Assembly: GCA_024654535.1 (NCBI GenBank) | Contig: JANLHL010000016.1 | Coordinates: 32,626-96,625 of the forward strand | Reading direction: 5' to 3' | Length of the DNA: 64,000 nt | Source: Candidatus Roizmanbacteria bacterium | GTDB taxonomy: Bacteria > Patescibacteriota > Microgenomatia > UBA1406 | Part shown: piece by piece, positions 35,057-45,022 of the stretch | Position numbering within the stretch: position 1 is the stretch's first letter | Layout: each line of letters opens with the position of its first letter | Notes under the pieces: generated by a model | Seen by the model: the letters and a program-made list of their open reading frames with translations, nothing else | Databases searched by the model: none | Told to the model about the DNA's origin: nothing | Made by a program: the position numbers and the translations under genes

Positions 35057-35124
35057 ATCCTATAGTTTACATCATTTTCTATTCTATTACAATAGTTGCG
35101 TATGGATTGGTATAATTATGTATC

Positions 35125-35199
35125 GGGTCTGTAGCTCAATGGTAGAGCAGCGGCCTCTTAAGCCGTTGGTTGAGGGTTCGAGCCCCTCCGGACCCACCA
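35125..35199 (+). tRNA. tRNA-Lys (anticodon CTT), CCA encoded
   Basis: Acceptor GGGTCTG/CGGACCC, anticodon loop CT-CTT-AA, T-loop GGTTCGAGCCC; TGGTATAAT at 35108-35116. Confidence 0.9.
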
Positions 35200-35225
35200 C
35201 CACTATTGCAAGAATGCAATAGTGG
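35200..35225 (+). other. Perfect 11-bp hairpin immediately 3' of tRNA-Lys
   Basis: CCACTATTGCA-AGAA-TGCAATAGTGG; no U-tract, so a processing or terminator role is uncertain. Confidence 0.4.
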
Positions 35226-35366
35226 AATGTCCAATATCAAATATCCAATATCCAAACTTCGCTAATTCTTTGGTGAGAGAGCCACTACCCGGCTTACGTT
35301 ATATTGTTTGCATACGGCAATTTGTCCTGTTTGTTTCTTATCTGAATTTTATCTATAATGGAGTGC

Positions 35367-36755
35367 ATGGATAAGCTTGAACGCAATACACTCGACAATC
35401 CACCTGCATTTAAGAAACTTCTTGGTCCGAGTTTTATACTGCTAGGCTTAGGTTTAGGAAGTGGAGAATTGATTTTGTGGCCATTTCTGACAAGTAATTA
35501 TGGGCTCGGTATTATATGGGGTGCAGTAATTGGAATAACCCTTCAGTTTTTTATAAACATGGAAATAAGCCGCTATAGCCTTGTCAACGGTGAAAGTATA
35601 TTTGTAGGTTATGCACGAAAATTGAAATACTTACCTGTGTGGTTTTTACTATCTACTTTTTTACCCTGGATATGGCCCGGCATAATAGCTTCAAGTGCTA
35701 AAGTAATTGTAACTGTCTTAAATACAGGAACCGTAGCTCAGGTTGCTATTATAGAGCTTATAGCAATAGGATTGCTCTTATCTCTTGGTCCATCGCTGTA
35801 TAAAACAGTAGAGAAATTTCAAAAGATCCTTATAGGGTTTGGTGTGCCTACAATTGCGCTATTTGCATTGTATTTGGCCTCCTCAACCGATTTTTTGTCT
35901 TTGGCAAAGGGGATAGTTGGCGTAGGAAATAATTACATGTTTTTACCTGAAGGGATTTCAATCGCAACTTTCTTGGCTGCCTTTGCATATTCTGGTGCAG
36001 GTGGAAACCTAAATCTTGCACAGTCGTTTTATATCAAAGAGAAGGAATATGGAATGGGAAAATATTCTGGAAAAATATCGAGCCTTATTACTGGGAAGTC
36101 TCAGGGGAGCTCAATTACCGGTTCAACCTATGAAGATACTCCTGAAAACAGATTGAAGATGAAAGAGTGGTGGAATAAAATAAATGTTGAGCATCTTGTC
36201 GTATTCTGGTTTACTGGTGCAATCACGATTTTGTTACTCGCATTGCTCGCTTATTCCACAACGTATGGGTTGAAATCAAATATTACAGGGATTAATTTTG
36301 TTATTAGTGAGGCCGCAGTTATTGGTTCTAGAACGTTTGAATTTTTTGGGTTTCTGTTTTTAATACTTGTAGGACTTATGCTTTTTGGAACTCAGCTGAC
36401 TGTACTCGATGCTACGAGTAGAATTTTGACAGAAAACGTACTTATTCTTAAAAGTAGATTGAAGACACTGAGCGCATCAAAAATGTATTATCTGTTCCTG
36501 TGGTTTCAAATAGTAAGTGGCATAACGGTGTTTATGTTAGGTTTTACAGAGCCGTTACAACTTTTAATCATATCTGCGGTTCTCAATGCATTCGCTATGT
36601 TTGTGCACGTTTCTTTAACATTGTGGGTCAATACTACACTTTTAAATAAAAGCATCATGCCAAGCATGTTTAGAATAAGTATGCTAGTACTAGCAATTTG
36701 TTTCTATGGTGGGTTTAGTTTATACATACTACTGAACTATCTTAAAATCGTATAA
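35367..36755 (+). CDS. Nramp-fold (MntH-like) transporter with non-canonical metal-site residues
   Basis: About 11 TM; LLGPSF...GSGELILWP aligns to the Nramp GP....DPGN segment, and AYSGAGGNLNL to A..MPHNL; start 35367 or 35358 (TATAAT at 35354-35359). Confidence 0.55.
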   Translation: MDKLERNTLDNPPAFKKLLGPSFILLGLGLGSGELILWPFLTSNYGLGIIWGAVIGITLQFFINMEISRYSLVNGESIFVGYARKLKYLPVWFLLSTFLPWIWPGIIASSAKVIVTVLNTGTVAQVAIIELIAIGLLLSLGPSLYKTVEKFQKILIGFGVPTIALFALYLASSTDFLSLAKGIVGVGNNYMFLPEGISIATFLAAFAYSGAGGNLNLAQSFYIKEKEYGMGKYSGKISSLITGKSQGSSITGSTYEDTPENRLKMKEWWNKINVEHLVVFWFTGAITILLLALLAYSTTYGLKSNITGINFVISEAAVIGSRTFEFFGFLFLILVGLMLFGTQLTVLDATSRILTENVLILKSRLKTLSASKMYYLFLWFQIVSGITVFMLGFTEPLQLLIISAVLNAFAMFVHVSLTLWVNTTLLNKSIMPSMFRISMLVLAICFYGGFSLYILLNYLKIV

Positions 36756-36776
36756 ATATTATTTTGCTGAATTGCT

Positions 36777-38291
36777 ATGAACAAAAAAATATTACACATA
36801 CTACTTTTTGTAGGGATTGTGCTCAATGCGTGCATAGCGACAATTATCCTCTTCAAACAAAATATCATCTATTATCCAGACGCAGCGCGTGATTTTTTGT
36901 TGCTTCGAGAGATCGTCACAACTAACCCGATCATGCTTATTGGTGAACGAACTGGTTTGGCAAGCATTTATCATGGACCATTGTGGTTGTATCTCAATGT
37001 ACCCGCTTTTATTTTGGGTAAAGGTAATCCGGTAGTAATGGGGTGGTTTTGGTTTATTTTATATTGTGCTCTGATAGGCATTGTTTATAGTGTTGCTAAG
37101 AGGATGTATACAACAACTGCAGGTCTGCTTGCAGCTTTTTTGGTATCGGGCATGTATGCATACCATGTACCGTTTATGTATAATCCGCACGGTGCCCTTT
37201 TAGTAATGCCGATATTCTTTTATTTTTTTGTTGCGTTTGTAAGAAAACACACCGTAAAGCTTGCGTTTCTTTCTTTTTTCTTCTTGGGTTTGATCTTTCA
37301 GTTTGAAATGGCTTTTGCGATACCCATACTTTTTCTTTCAAGTATCATCTGTCTGGCCACGGCTATAAAAGTGAAAAACTACAAACTTATACCTTTTGCT
37401 TTTCTTGGTATGTTGCCCGGTTTAAGTACATTTATACTGTTTGATAGTACTCATGATTTTTTACAATCAAAAGGCTTCCTCGCGTTTTTGTTTCATTCGG
37501 GGAATAGTAGACCCCTATTTACATACGGGGGATTTCTATCTGAGCGTTTACATTTGGCGCTGACAACAGGGCTAGGAGATTTCACCGGTGGGAATGTAGT
37601 ACTAGCAGTTAGTCTGATCGCGTTTTTTGTTTGGTATTTTGTAAAAGGAAAAAGGAATACAAACTTATATTCAGGATTAAAGGTTGGCATTACTTTTTAT
37701 ATAGGTTTTTGGATTACAACGCTTTTGTATGGTGGCATGATGTGGCCATTTTATCATTGGCCAATTGCGCTCATGTTCATAATTGTTTTTTCTGGAATTG
37801 TTACGAGTAATATGAACAAGTATGTATGGATTGCTGTAATACCGTTTATTATAGTAGTCTTGTTTCGTCAAGCAAACACTGCATACAGTTCGTATTTGTT
37901 TTCAGATGCATCACCTAGTTCTTGGAAATTATATCGTTCTATAGCAGAAAAGAGCCTTCAGAGTGTGAAAGGGGAGAGTGGTTATTTTGTGTTTAACACT
38001 GATCTAGTAGGATATACTGTTCGATATGCGATGGAGTATGCTGCCAAAGAGCAAGCTAAAAGTACACTGTACAATACAAAAATGAAGAACACTTTTTTAA
38101 TTGAATTGTCCGTAAGCGATCCTTCGTTAGATTTTAATTGGTGGCGCAAAAATATGGTCCGCATTACTAAAAAACCTCAAAATAGCACCAAATATTCACA
38201 ATCAATACGGGTGTATCAGTATGAATTGACGAAAGAAGAACAAAACTTCGCTGCAGACAGTTCTCTAACAAATAACTTGCTATTTAGATAG
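36777..38291 (+). CDS. Polytopic membrane protein, GT-C-like glycosyltransferase (ArnT/PMT-like)
   Basis: 504 aa; more than 10 TM then a soluble C-terminal domain; family call by architecture only. Confidence 0.4.
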   Translation: MNKKILHILLFVGIVLNACIATIILFKQNIIYYPDAARDFLLLREIVTTNPIMLIGERTGLASIYHGPLWLYLNVPAFILGKGNPVVMGWFWFILYCALIGIVYSVAKRMYTTTAGLLAAFLVSGMYAYHVPFMYNPHGALLVMPIFFYFFVAFVRKHTVKLAFLSFFFLGLIFQFEMAFAIPILFLSSIICLATAIKVKNYKLIPFAFLGMLPGLSTFILFDSTHDFLQSKGFLAFLFHSGNSRPLFTYGGFLSERLHLALTTGLGDFTGGNVVLAVSLIAFFVWYFVKGKRNTNLYSGLKVGITFYIGFWITTLLYGGMMWPFYHWPIALMFIIVFSGIVTSNMNKYVWIAVIPFIIVVLFRQANTAYSSYLFSDASPSSWKLYRSIAEKSLQSVKGESGYFVFNTDLVGYTVRYAMEYAAKEQAKSTLYNTKMKNTFLIELSVSDPSLDFNWWRKNMVRITKKPQNSTKYSQSIRVYQYELTKEEQNFAADSSLTNNLLFR

Positions 38292-38324
38292 CTATAATAT
38301 TCGTTGTAGTTCACTAGTACTGTA

Positions 38325-39548
38325 TTACTGAGCTGCACCAAAAGAGCCAGTGAGGCTATAGATAGGCGTCAAAACCGAGATGACGAGAAACCCAACGCCA
38401 ACGCCCAAAAATACCAATATAAGTGGTTCTATAAGCGTCGTGGCTGCTTTTATTGCTAATTCAGATTCCATTTGAAAATACTTGGACAAACGAAGAAGAG
38501 TATCATCTAGTTTTCCAGTTTTTTCGCCAACACCAGTCATTTGCACAAATATTTCTGGGAATACGTTTTCCTCTGACAGAGCGTCACCTAGGGAAGCACC
38601 GCGTTCTACTCGTTCTTGGATACTCTTTAGAGATTTTTGATAAACCAAATTACCGGTTGTTTTTGTTGCAATCTCAAGACCTTCAAGCAAAGGAACACCG
38701 GAATGGAGTAAAATAGCCAACGTACGTGTCGTTTCTACAAGTACCGATTTTTGAACAACATCTCCGAATACTGGTAATTTCAATAAAAATCTATCAATTT
38801 TCTCCCGTGTTTTTTTATTAGTCAACATTATGCGAACATACATAATGAACAGCACGACCGCTAAAATAATGAGTGGCCAGAATTGTGATGAAAAATTAGA
38901 AACTGCTATCAGTATTTTTGTAGAGATCGGTAAATCAACTTTGAATGTTTTGTATAAATCGAGAAGCTTTGGTAATACAAAGGTAGCCATAATAAAACCT
39001 ACCACAAAGATTGCACCCACAACGGTCATTGGGTACAAAAGTGCGTTCGTTATCTTTCCTCGAAACTCACGAGCTCTTTCCAAGTTTTCAGCCAGTCGAA
39101 GTAGCACGTCATCTAGCTTTCCAGATGATTCTCCAGCTTTAACGAGTGCAATATAAAAATTTTGAAATGTATCTGGATAGTCTTCTAATGCATCTGAAAA
39201 AGACTCACCTCCCTTTATCTTATCTAAGATTGCACCTATGAGTTGTTTCTGAGATGGATCTTTTGTTTGTCTGATCATGATACTTAATGCATCTACTAAG
39301 CTCAAACCTGCGTTTACCATGATACCGAGTTGTCGTGTAAAATCGACTAATCTGCTGAAGGGGAGCTTTAGTTTTGTTTGTGGGAAGTATTTGTAGTAGA
39401 TATCGCTCAAATTTATCTTTTCTTTGAGCGTTACTATAAAGTAGCCCTTTTCTTTTAGAATACGAATAGCTTCTTTTTTGCTAGAAACATCAAGACTACC
39501 AGCAGTTTTTTTGTGAGCTTGATCAGAGACGGTATATTCAAAAATCAT
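38325..39548 (-). CDS. pilC: Type IV pilus platform protein PilC (T2SS-F family)
   Basis: 407 aa; duplicated T2SSF domains, 3 TM; adjacent to pilT and pilB. Confidence 0.85.
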   Translation of the reverse strand: MIFEYTVSDQAHKKTAGSLDVSSKKEAIRILKEKGYFIVTLKEKINLSDIYYKYFPQTKLKLPFSRLVDFTRQLGIMVNAGLSLVDALSIMIRQTKDPSQKQLIGAILDKIKGGESFSDALEDYPDTFQNFYIALVKAGESSGKLDDVLLRLAENLERAREFRGKITNALLYPMTVVGAIFVVGFIMATFVLPKLLDLYKTFKVDLPISTKILIAVSNFSSQFWPLIILAVVLFIMYVRIMLTNKKTREKIDRFLLKLPVFGDVVQKSVLVETTRTLAILLHSGVPLLEGLEIATKTTGNLVYQKSLKSIQERVERGASLGDALSEENVFPEIFVQMTGVGEKTGKLDDTLLRLSKYFQMESELAIKAATTLIEPLILVFLGVGVGFLVISVLTPIYSLTGSFGAAQ

Positions 39549-39550
39549 AT

Positions 39551-40609
39551 TTATTTTAAAAGCTCTTTAATGAGATGTGGACGATAGGCGTATTTTATAG
39601 CAGTTTCATAGGTAATGGATTTAGCAAGAACCAAATCTTTTAAATGCGACTCGAATAATACCATACCTTCCTGAGCACTTGTTTGCATAACGTTGTCTAT
39701 TTGATGTGTTTTTCCTTCGCGAATGAGCGAGGAAATTGCCGAGTTATTTATGAGAATCTCGCACGCTGGTATCCGTTTTCTTTCAGAAGCATGAGGAATA
39801 AGTCTTTGGCTAAATATTACTTTTAATACAGCTGAAAGTTGTGTTCTTATCTGCATTTGTTGTTCTTCGGGAAAGACATCAACAATACGATCGATAGTTT
39901 GTGATGCGTTACTTGTATGTAGCGTTGAGAAAACAAGATGCCCTGTTTCAGCCAGTGTCATTGCTGAGGCAATTGTTTCATAATCTCTCATTTCTCCCAA
40001 TACGACAACATCTGGATCTTCACGTAATATTGCACGGAGCGCATTATGGAAGGATAGCGTATCTCTTTTCAACTCTCGTTGTGCTACTATAGACCTGGAT
40101 CGTGGATAGGTGAACTCAATTGGGTCTTCAATAGTTAGAATATTACTTGCTGAATTTTCGTTTATTTCGTTCAACATAGCAGCAAGAGTGGTTGATTTGC
40201 CTTCACCTGTCTGGCCAGTAATAAGAATAAGTCCTTGTTTTAAAGAGGTAAATTCGTGCAAACAACTGGGCAACCCCAGTTGTTCGATAGTGGGTATTTT
40301 TTTGGGAATGAGGCGTAGTGAAAGGGCAATGGCATTTCTTTCATAGTATGCATTTGCACGAAAGCGCTGCTCTTCATAGTCGATACTAAAGTCGAGCTCT
40401 TTGTTTAAAAAGAAAAATTCCTGTTGCTCTTTTGTTGTAAATGAGAGAAAAAGCTGTGAGACAGTATCTGCACTTAATGCATTATAATCAATTAATTGGT
40501 ATAGATCTCCATTGATTCTTAAGGTTGGTTTGTATCCTACATTAATATGCAAGTCGCTTGCACTTCTCTGAATCACTTCTTGTAAAAGATTGTTTAGATT
40601 GCTGTCCAT
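39551..40609 (-). CDS. pilT: Type IV pilus retraction ATPase PilT
   Basis: 352 aa; Walker A GQTGEGKST, Asp box, His box (TGHLVFSTLHT). Confidence 0.85.
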   Translation of the reverse strand: MDSNLNNLLQEVIQRSASDLHINVGYKPTLRINGDLYQLIDYNALSADTVSQLFLSFTTKEQQEFFFLNKELDFSIDYEEQRFRANAYYERNAIALSLRLIPKKIPTIEQLGLPSCLHEFTSLKQGLILITGQTGEGKSTTLAAMLNEINENSASNILTIEDPIEFTYPRSRSIVAQRELKRDTLSFHNALRAILREDPDVVVLGEMRDYETIASAMTLAETGHLVFSTLHTSNASQTIDRIVDVFPEEQQMQIRTQLSAVLKVIFSQRLIPHASERKRIPACEILINNSAISSLIREGKTHQIDNVMQTSAQEGMVLFESHLKDLVLAKSITYETAIKYAYRPHLIKELLK

Positions 40610-40610
40610 A

Positions 40611-42332
40611 TTATGATTCTGATACTCTTAAAATTTCTTCAACCGTTGTCAATCCATCGAGTACTTTAAGATAACCGTCTTGCTGCATAATAATCATACC
40701 GTTTTTTCTAGCTTCTTGTGAAATATCAGCAGCATTTGCACGCTGAAGTACAAGTTTATTTATGGCACCATTGACAACCAATATTTCATAAATACCTATT
40801 CTTCCGAAGTATCCAGTTCCTTGACATTCGCTACATCCCTTGCCTTTATATAATGTTAACGGTTTATCTCTGTAGACGTTTGGCAAATACTGTCCTAAGG
40901 TTGTTCTAATAGCATTATCAACCTCTTTATCGGGTGCATAGCTGTATTTACACGAAGAGCAGATCCTTCGTACTATACGTTGTGCAATGGCGGCATTTAA
41001 TATGGATGCTATTAAGAAAGGCTCAGCGCCTAAGTCGAGCAAACGCGGTATGGAGGTTGCCGAGTCGTTTGTATGTAGTGTCGAAAAAACTAAATGACCA
41101 GTAAGCGCAGCCTGAATGGCAAGTGAGGTTGTTTCTTCATCACGGATTTCTCCAACGAGAATAATGTTCGGATCTTGACGCAAAAATGAGCGTAGTCCAT
41201 TTGCAAATGTCAGACCTGCTTGAGGATTAATTTGGACTTGATTAATGCCAGCAATTTCATATTCTACCGGGTCTTCGAGCGTCATAATATTGACTGTCGC
41301 CTGATTGAGACGTGTTAGCACTGAATAGAGTGTCGTTGTTTTACCAGATCCAGTCGGTCCAGTGACGAGCACTATTCCGTACGGTTTTGCTATTTCGGTC
41401 TCAAGACTTTTTAGTGCAACGTCTCTCAAACCGAGATCTGGCAAAGAGGGGATACCGCCTGTTTTCTTTAATAATCTCATTACTATTTTTTCACCATGAA
41501 CAGTCGGAAGTGTTGAAACACGCAAGTCTACTTCTTGCTCACCAATTGTAAAAGTAAATCTACCGTCCTGAGGTATGCGCTTTTCATCTATGCGCATTTG
41601 AGCGAGGATTTTGATTCTCGACACAAGAGATTCATGAAGCGAACTTGGTAAAATGAGTTTTTCGTATAAAATACCATCAATGCGATACCGTACTCTTGTT
41701 TTGCTGTCCTGAGGCTCGATATGTATATCGGATGCGCGTGATCGTACAGCAAATTCTAGAATAGTATTTACTATTTTTGCTATAGGTGGTTCTTTTACAA
41801 TGATTCTCTTTTTCTTTAAAGCATCAGAGGCTTCTGTTTTGCGTCTCGTTGAAAACTCCTCGAGTGCACTGGTGACCGTAGGGGATATATTTTGCCTATA
41901 CTGGATATCGATGGCTTCAACTATATCGGTTGACGCAGCGAGAAATGGAATAATTTTTCTTCCGGTTTTTTTTTCTAAAAAACTTATATTTTCCAGATTT
42001 AGTGGTTGGTCTGTTGCAACTTTTATAGAGTTTTCCTTTGGGTCGAATTCAAATGGGAAAATTGAGTATTGTCGCGCAACGCCTTCTGTAATAAGGGCAA
42101 GAGCTTGTGGTGATGCTGCTCTATTGGTGAGATTTATATACTCAACCTGCATCGCAAATGCTTTTGCTTGTAGTAAATTTTCCTCTGTCAGTAGATGTTT
42201 TTGTCGGAAATATTCTTCTGGGTCTTCTTCAGACTTTAAAATTCCTATTTTCGTTGCTTCGAGCGTTTGTGCGTCGAGTAGGTTGTTTTTTTCAATATAA
42301 CTAAAAAAACGCTGTGCTGAATAGCTGCTCAT
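40611..42332 (-). CDS. pilB: Type IV pilus assembly ATPase PilB (GspE family)
   Basis: 573 aa; Walker A GPTGSGKTT, TGHLVFSTLHTN, tetracysteine CSSC...CSEC motif. Confidence 0.9.
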   Translation of the reverse strand: MSSYSAQRFFSYIEKNNLLDAQTLEATKIGILKSEEDPEEYFRQKHLLTEENLLQAKAFAMQVEYINLTNRAASPQALALITEGVARQYSIFPFEFDPKENSIKVATDQPLNLENISFLEKKTGRKIIPFLAASTDIVEAIDIQYRQNISPTVTSALEEFSTRRKTEASDALKKKRIIVKEPPIAKIVNTILEFAVRSRASDIHIEPQDSKTRVRYRIDGILYEKLILPSSLHESLVSRIKILAQMRIDEKRIPQDGRFTFTIGEQEVDLRVSTLPTVHGEKIVMRLLKKTGGIPSLPDLGLRDVALKSLETEIAKPYGIVLVTGPTGSGKTTTLYSVLTRLNQATVNIMTLEDPVEYEIAGINQVQINPQAGLTFANGLRSFLRQDPNIILVGEIRDEETTSLAIQAALTGHLVFSTLHTNDSATSIPRLLDLGAEPFLIASILNAAIAQRIVRRICSSCKYSYAPDKEVDNAIRTTLGQYLPNVYRDKPLTLYKGKGCSECQGTGYFGRIGIYEILVVNGAINKLVLQRANAADISQEARKNGMIIMQQDGYLKVLDGLTTVEEILRVSES

Positions 42333-42391
42333 ATACTCATTCTACGTGATAGCCAACGAATGTCAATTTCTAAATGATAGACAGATAGCCC

Positions 42392-42420
42392 TTGACAAAA
42401 TATTAAACATATTCTATTCT
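42392..42420 (+). promoter_or_regulatory. Putative pilin promoter TTGACA-17 nt-TATTCT
   Basis: Consensus -35 at 42392-42397; -10-like hexamer at 42415-42420. Confidence 0.4.
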
Positions 42421-42476
42421 GATTATATAAGCACCATTAAGTAGTTATATAAATTTAGATAAGTTAGTAAACGAAT

Positions 42477-43007
42477 ATGAAAATGCAAAAACAAAAGAAA
42501 GGGTTCACTCTTATAGAGCTTCTGATAGTCATTGCGCTTTTAGGTACATTAGCGGTTGCACTTTTAGCTGCTATTGATCCTTTTGAGCAGTTTAGAAAAG
42601 GTACCGATACGGCTATTCGAAATACTGCGCAAGAGTACTACAACGCTCTCATTCGATTTTATGCACAAAGGAGCGCGTTTCCGACAGACTTTCCTCAAAT
42701 AACTCCAGATGGGCTTGGATATCCACTTACAACCACTTCTTTTGTCACCGGTGTTATTGAAGCTGGTGAACTTAAGTCAAACTTTTTGGAAATTGCACAA
42801 GATCAGTTAGCTAACATCTATGTAGCACGAGCTGGTGTGTCAAAATTACTTGTCTGCTTCCAACCACAGTCAAAATCATTCCAAAAAGCAGATAAGAATA
42901 CTAAGTATTCTTCCTATAATTTTACTAGTTCAAGTGATGATGCAACTGTAAATACAGATTCTGCTACGTGTTCTGCTACGAATAGCTGCTACTGGTGTGT
43001 CTATTAA
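42477..43007 (+). CDS. pilA: Type IV pilin (probable major pilin), Ser/Thr-rich C-terminus
   Basis: Class III signal KKGFTLIELLIVIALLG (G-1/F+1/E+5); own promoter and strong terminator. Confidence 0.85.
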   Translation: MKMQKQKKGFTLIELLIVIALLGTLAVALLAAIDPFEQFRKGTDTAIRNTAQEYYNALIRFYAQRSAFPTDFPQITPDGLGYPLTTTSFVTGVIEAGELKSNFLEIAQDQLANIYVARAGVSKLLVCFQPQSKSFQKADKNTKYSSYNFTSSSDDATVNTDSATCSATNSCYWCVY

Positions 43008-43029
43008 ATTTTTGAAAATGTAAGTAAAA

Positions 43030-43053
43030 CCCTGTCGAAAGGCAGGGTTTTTT
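43030..43053 (+). terminator. Intrinsic terminator after the major pilin
   Basis: CCCTGTC-GAAA-GGCAGGG followed by TTTTTT. Confidence 0.8.
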
Positions 43054-43096
43054 AGTGCTCGCTTGTATTTAGGAAATATTTGAGTACAATTGGCTC

Positions 43097-45022
43097 ATGT
43101 ATCCATATATTTGGGCTGCTGACGCAGGAGATTTGATAACATCTTCATTTTTAGGTGTCTTACCTCATCCACCTGGATTTCCTATTTATTGGTTACTTTT
43201 GCGTTTAGCATACCTAATTCCATTTGGCTCAATCGCTTTGAGAGCATCGTTGGTATCGATGTTTTTTGGCATTGCGACAGCGTGTATTTCTCTGATAAGC
43301 GTTTTTGAACTTTTGAAATACATGAAGAGAACGTCTTATTTAGATAAGGTAATCGGATTATCATCGGTCATACTAACATATTCTTCTTTTGTTTTTCTAT
43401 TGTATAGTTCTGTTCAGGAAGTATATACGTTATCTCTATTTTTACTGACACTGAGTACTTATTTCTTATTAAAACTTTCGCTCTACGAAAGAGATAAAGA
43501 TCACCTGCTGTTTCTACTCGTTTTTCTTATAGCATGCATGCATCACACATTATTGGCTATTTCATTTGGACCATACTTGTATATATTTATTCGTAATAAG
43601 AAAAAATATTTAAAATTTTATAGAAAATATTTACTATTTATCATTTTGTTTGTGTGTGTTTCAGTTGCACCGTACATTTTGCAGTATGTACTTATACACG
43701 AATCTGCACTCATATATTGGGAACCAAAAAGTATCGAGGGTGTAGTGAGAACAATATTCAGAATGAGGTACGACACCTTTAATACCGGTGGGAGTTTTGG
43801 GAGTTATAGTCTAAAGCTATACCATTTATATAGTTATGGTGCACACTTATTAGCAAATTATTCCATTTTGATCACTTTTTTCTTGGGTGGCTTACTATAT
43901 CTCTATAAAAAACAAAAAAAAATATTCTACATATTTGGATTAGGGTATATCCTTTTTGGTCCGATATTAATCTTCTATATGAATACGAGTGGCCAGTTGG
44001 ATAACAACAGTGGCATTCTTGAGCGGTACTATCTATTTTCCTATGTATTTCTACCGGTACTGTTTGTTGCAACGTACGTACAGTTTGAAAATATGTACTT
44101 TAAAATAATATTTCTCAAAAATTTACATTTGCGAAAACTTCTTTTCAAAGGTATTGTGATCTTGTTTTTTGTGCTCTATCCAACAATATTGTTTTATAGG
44201 AATTTCTCTAACGTTTCAAAAGCGTTAAGTAAGCCTGTCTTTGAAGATCATGCAAAGAATATCCTTAATGTTGTTCCTCATAAGTCTGTGATCATACTCA
44301 AGGGAGATCTTGATTTATTTACTGTAGAATATGCACATCATGTGCTAGGCGTTCAAAAAGATGTCATCGTTCTATCTAATAGAAATTTGTTTAATCCAGA
44401 TTATCATAGCCTAGTTGCTCGTGACTATACTAAATTGCGCTATACTCCAAAATTCAAGGACCCACTAAAAATGGCTGACAACCTCGTCATGCAAGCAATG
44501 AAAGAAGGGTATAGCGTATTCACAAATATACCATTTCCATCAGAGCACTATTCGTTCCGTAGAGTTGGTTATTTATTTAAATTGTATTATTCTACAAAAA
44601 AGGAAATGACCATAGCTCAGATTCCTGTTTCAAGAGTAAAAAAATACAACACATTACCTGAAATTGTATACTCAAATTTCAATCCGAGTGTTTATTTTTT
44701 TACAGAACTTAGAAATCAATATGCAAAAGGATTACTTGAGATCGCCGATAAATACTACTCGTTAAATAACTATAAAAGTGCAAATGGAGTAGTTGATATG
44801 GCTTACTTGTATCAGCCATATAATCCAGATATTATTTATTTGCGAACGATATTATTAAAAAATACTGGCAAATGTATGCAATCGGTGCCGATGCTCACAA
44901 ACTATTTCTATTATTCAAAATCTGCAAAAGCAGCATATACACTTTCACGAGTATATGCGATATGTGCAAAGGATATAATTAAATACTCTTACTGGGATTC
45001 GATTTATGAAAAATTAAGGTGA
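43097..45022 (+). CDS. DUF2723/TMEM260-like GT-C glycosyltransferase with a TPR-like C-terminus
   Basis: 641 aa; N-terminal AADAGDLITSSFLGVLPHPPGFPIY matches the family hallmark (GDSGEL...HPPGYPLY); many TM. Confidence 0.6.
   Translation: MYPYIWAADAGDLITSSFLGVLPHPPGFPIYWLLLRLAYLIPFGSIALRASLVSMFFGIATACISLISVFELLKYMKRTSYLDKVIGLSSVILTYSSFVFLLYSSVQEVYTLSLFLLTLSTYFLLKLSLYERDKDHLLFLLVFLIACMHHTLLAISFGPYLYIFIRNKKKYLKFYRKYLLFIILFVCVSVAPYILQYVLIHESALIYWEPKSIEGVVRTIFRMRYDTFNTGGSFGSYSLKLYHLYSYGAHLLANYSILITFFLGGLLYLYKKQKKIFYIFGLGYILFGPILIFYMNTSGQLDNNSGILERYYLFSYVFLPVLFVATYVQFENMYFKIIFLKNLHLRKLLFKGIVILFFVLYPTILFYRNFSNVSKALSKPVFEDHAKNILNVVPHKSVIILKGDLDLFTVEYAHHVLGVQKDVIVLSNRNLFNPDYHSLVARDYTKLRYTPKFKDPLKMADNLVMQAMKEGYSVFTNIPFPSEHYSFRRVGYLFKLYYSTKKEMTIAQIPVSRVKKYNTLPEIVYSNFNPSVYFFTELRNQYAKGLLEIADKYYSLNNYKSANGVVDMAYLYQPYNPDIIYLRTILLKNTGKCMQSVPMLTNYFYYSKSAKAAYTLSRVYAICAKDIIKYSYWDSIYEKLR

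Noticed and set aside
35256-35357. Possible Mn2+ (yybP-ykoY) riboswitch upstream of the Nramp-like gene (GGUGAGAGAGCCACUACC...UUUGCAUACGGCAA vaguely resembles GGGGAGUAG...UUGACAUAC).
   Set aside because: The similarity is limited to a few nucleotides. I could not build the four-helix architecture or an expression platform. It needs a covariance-model search before any claim.
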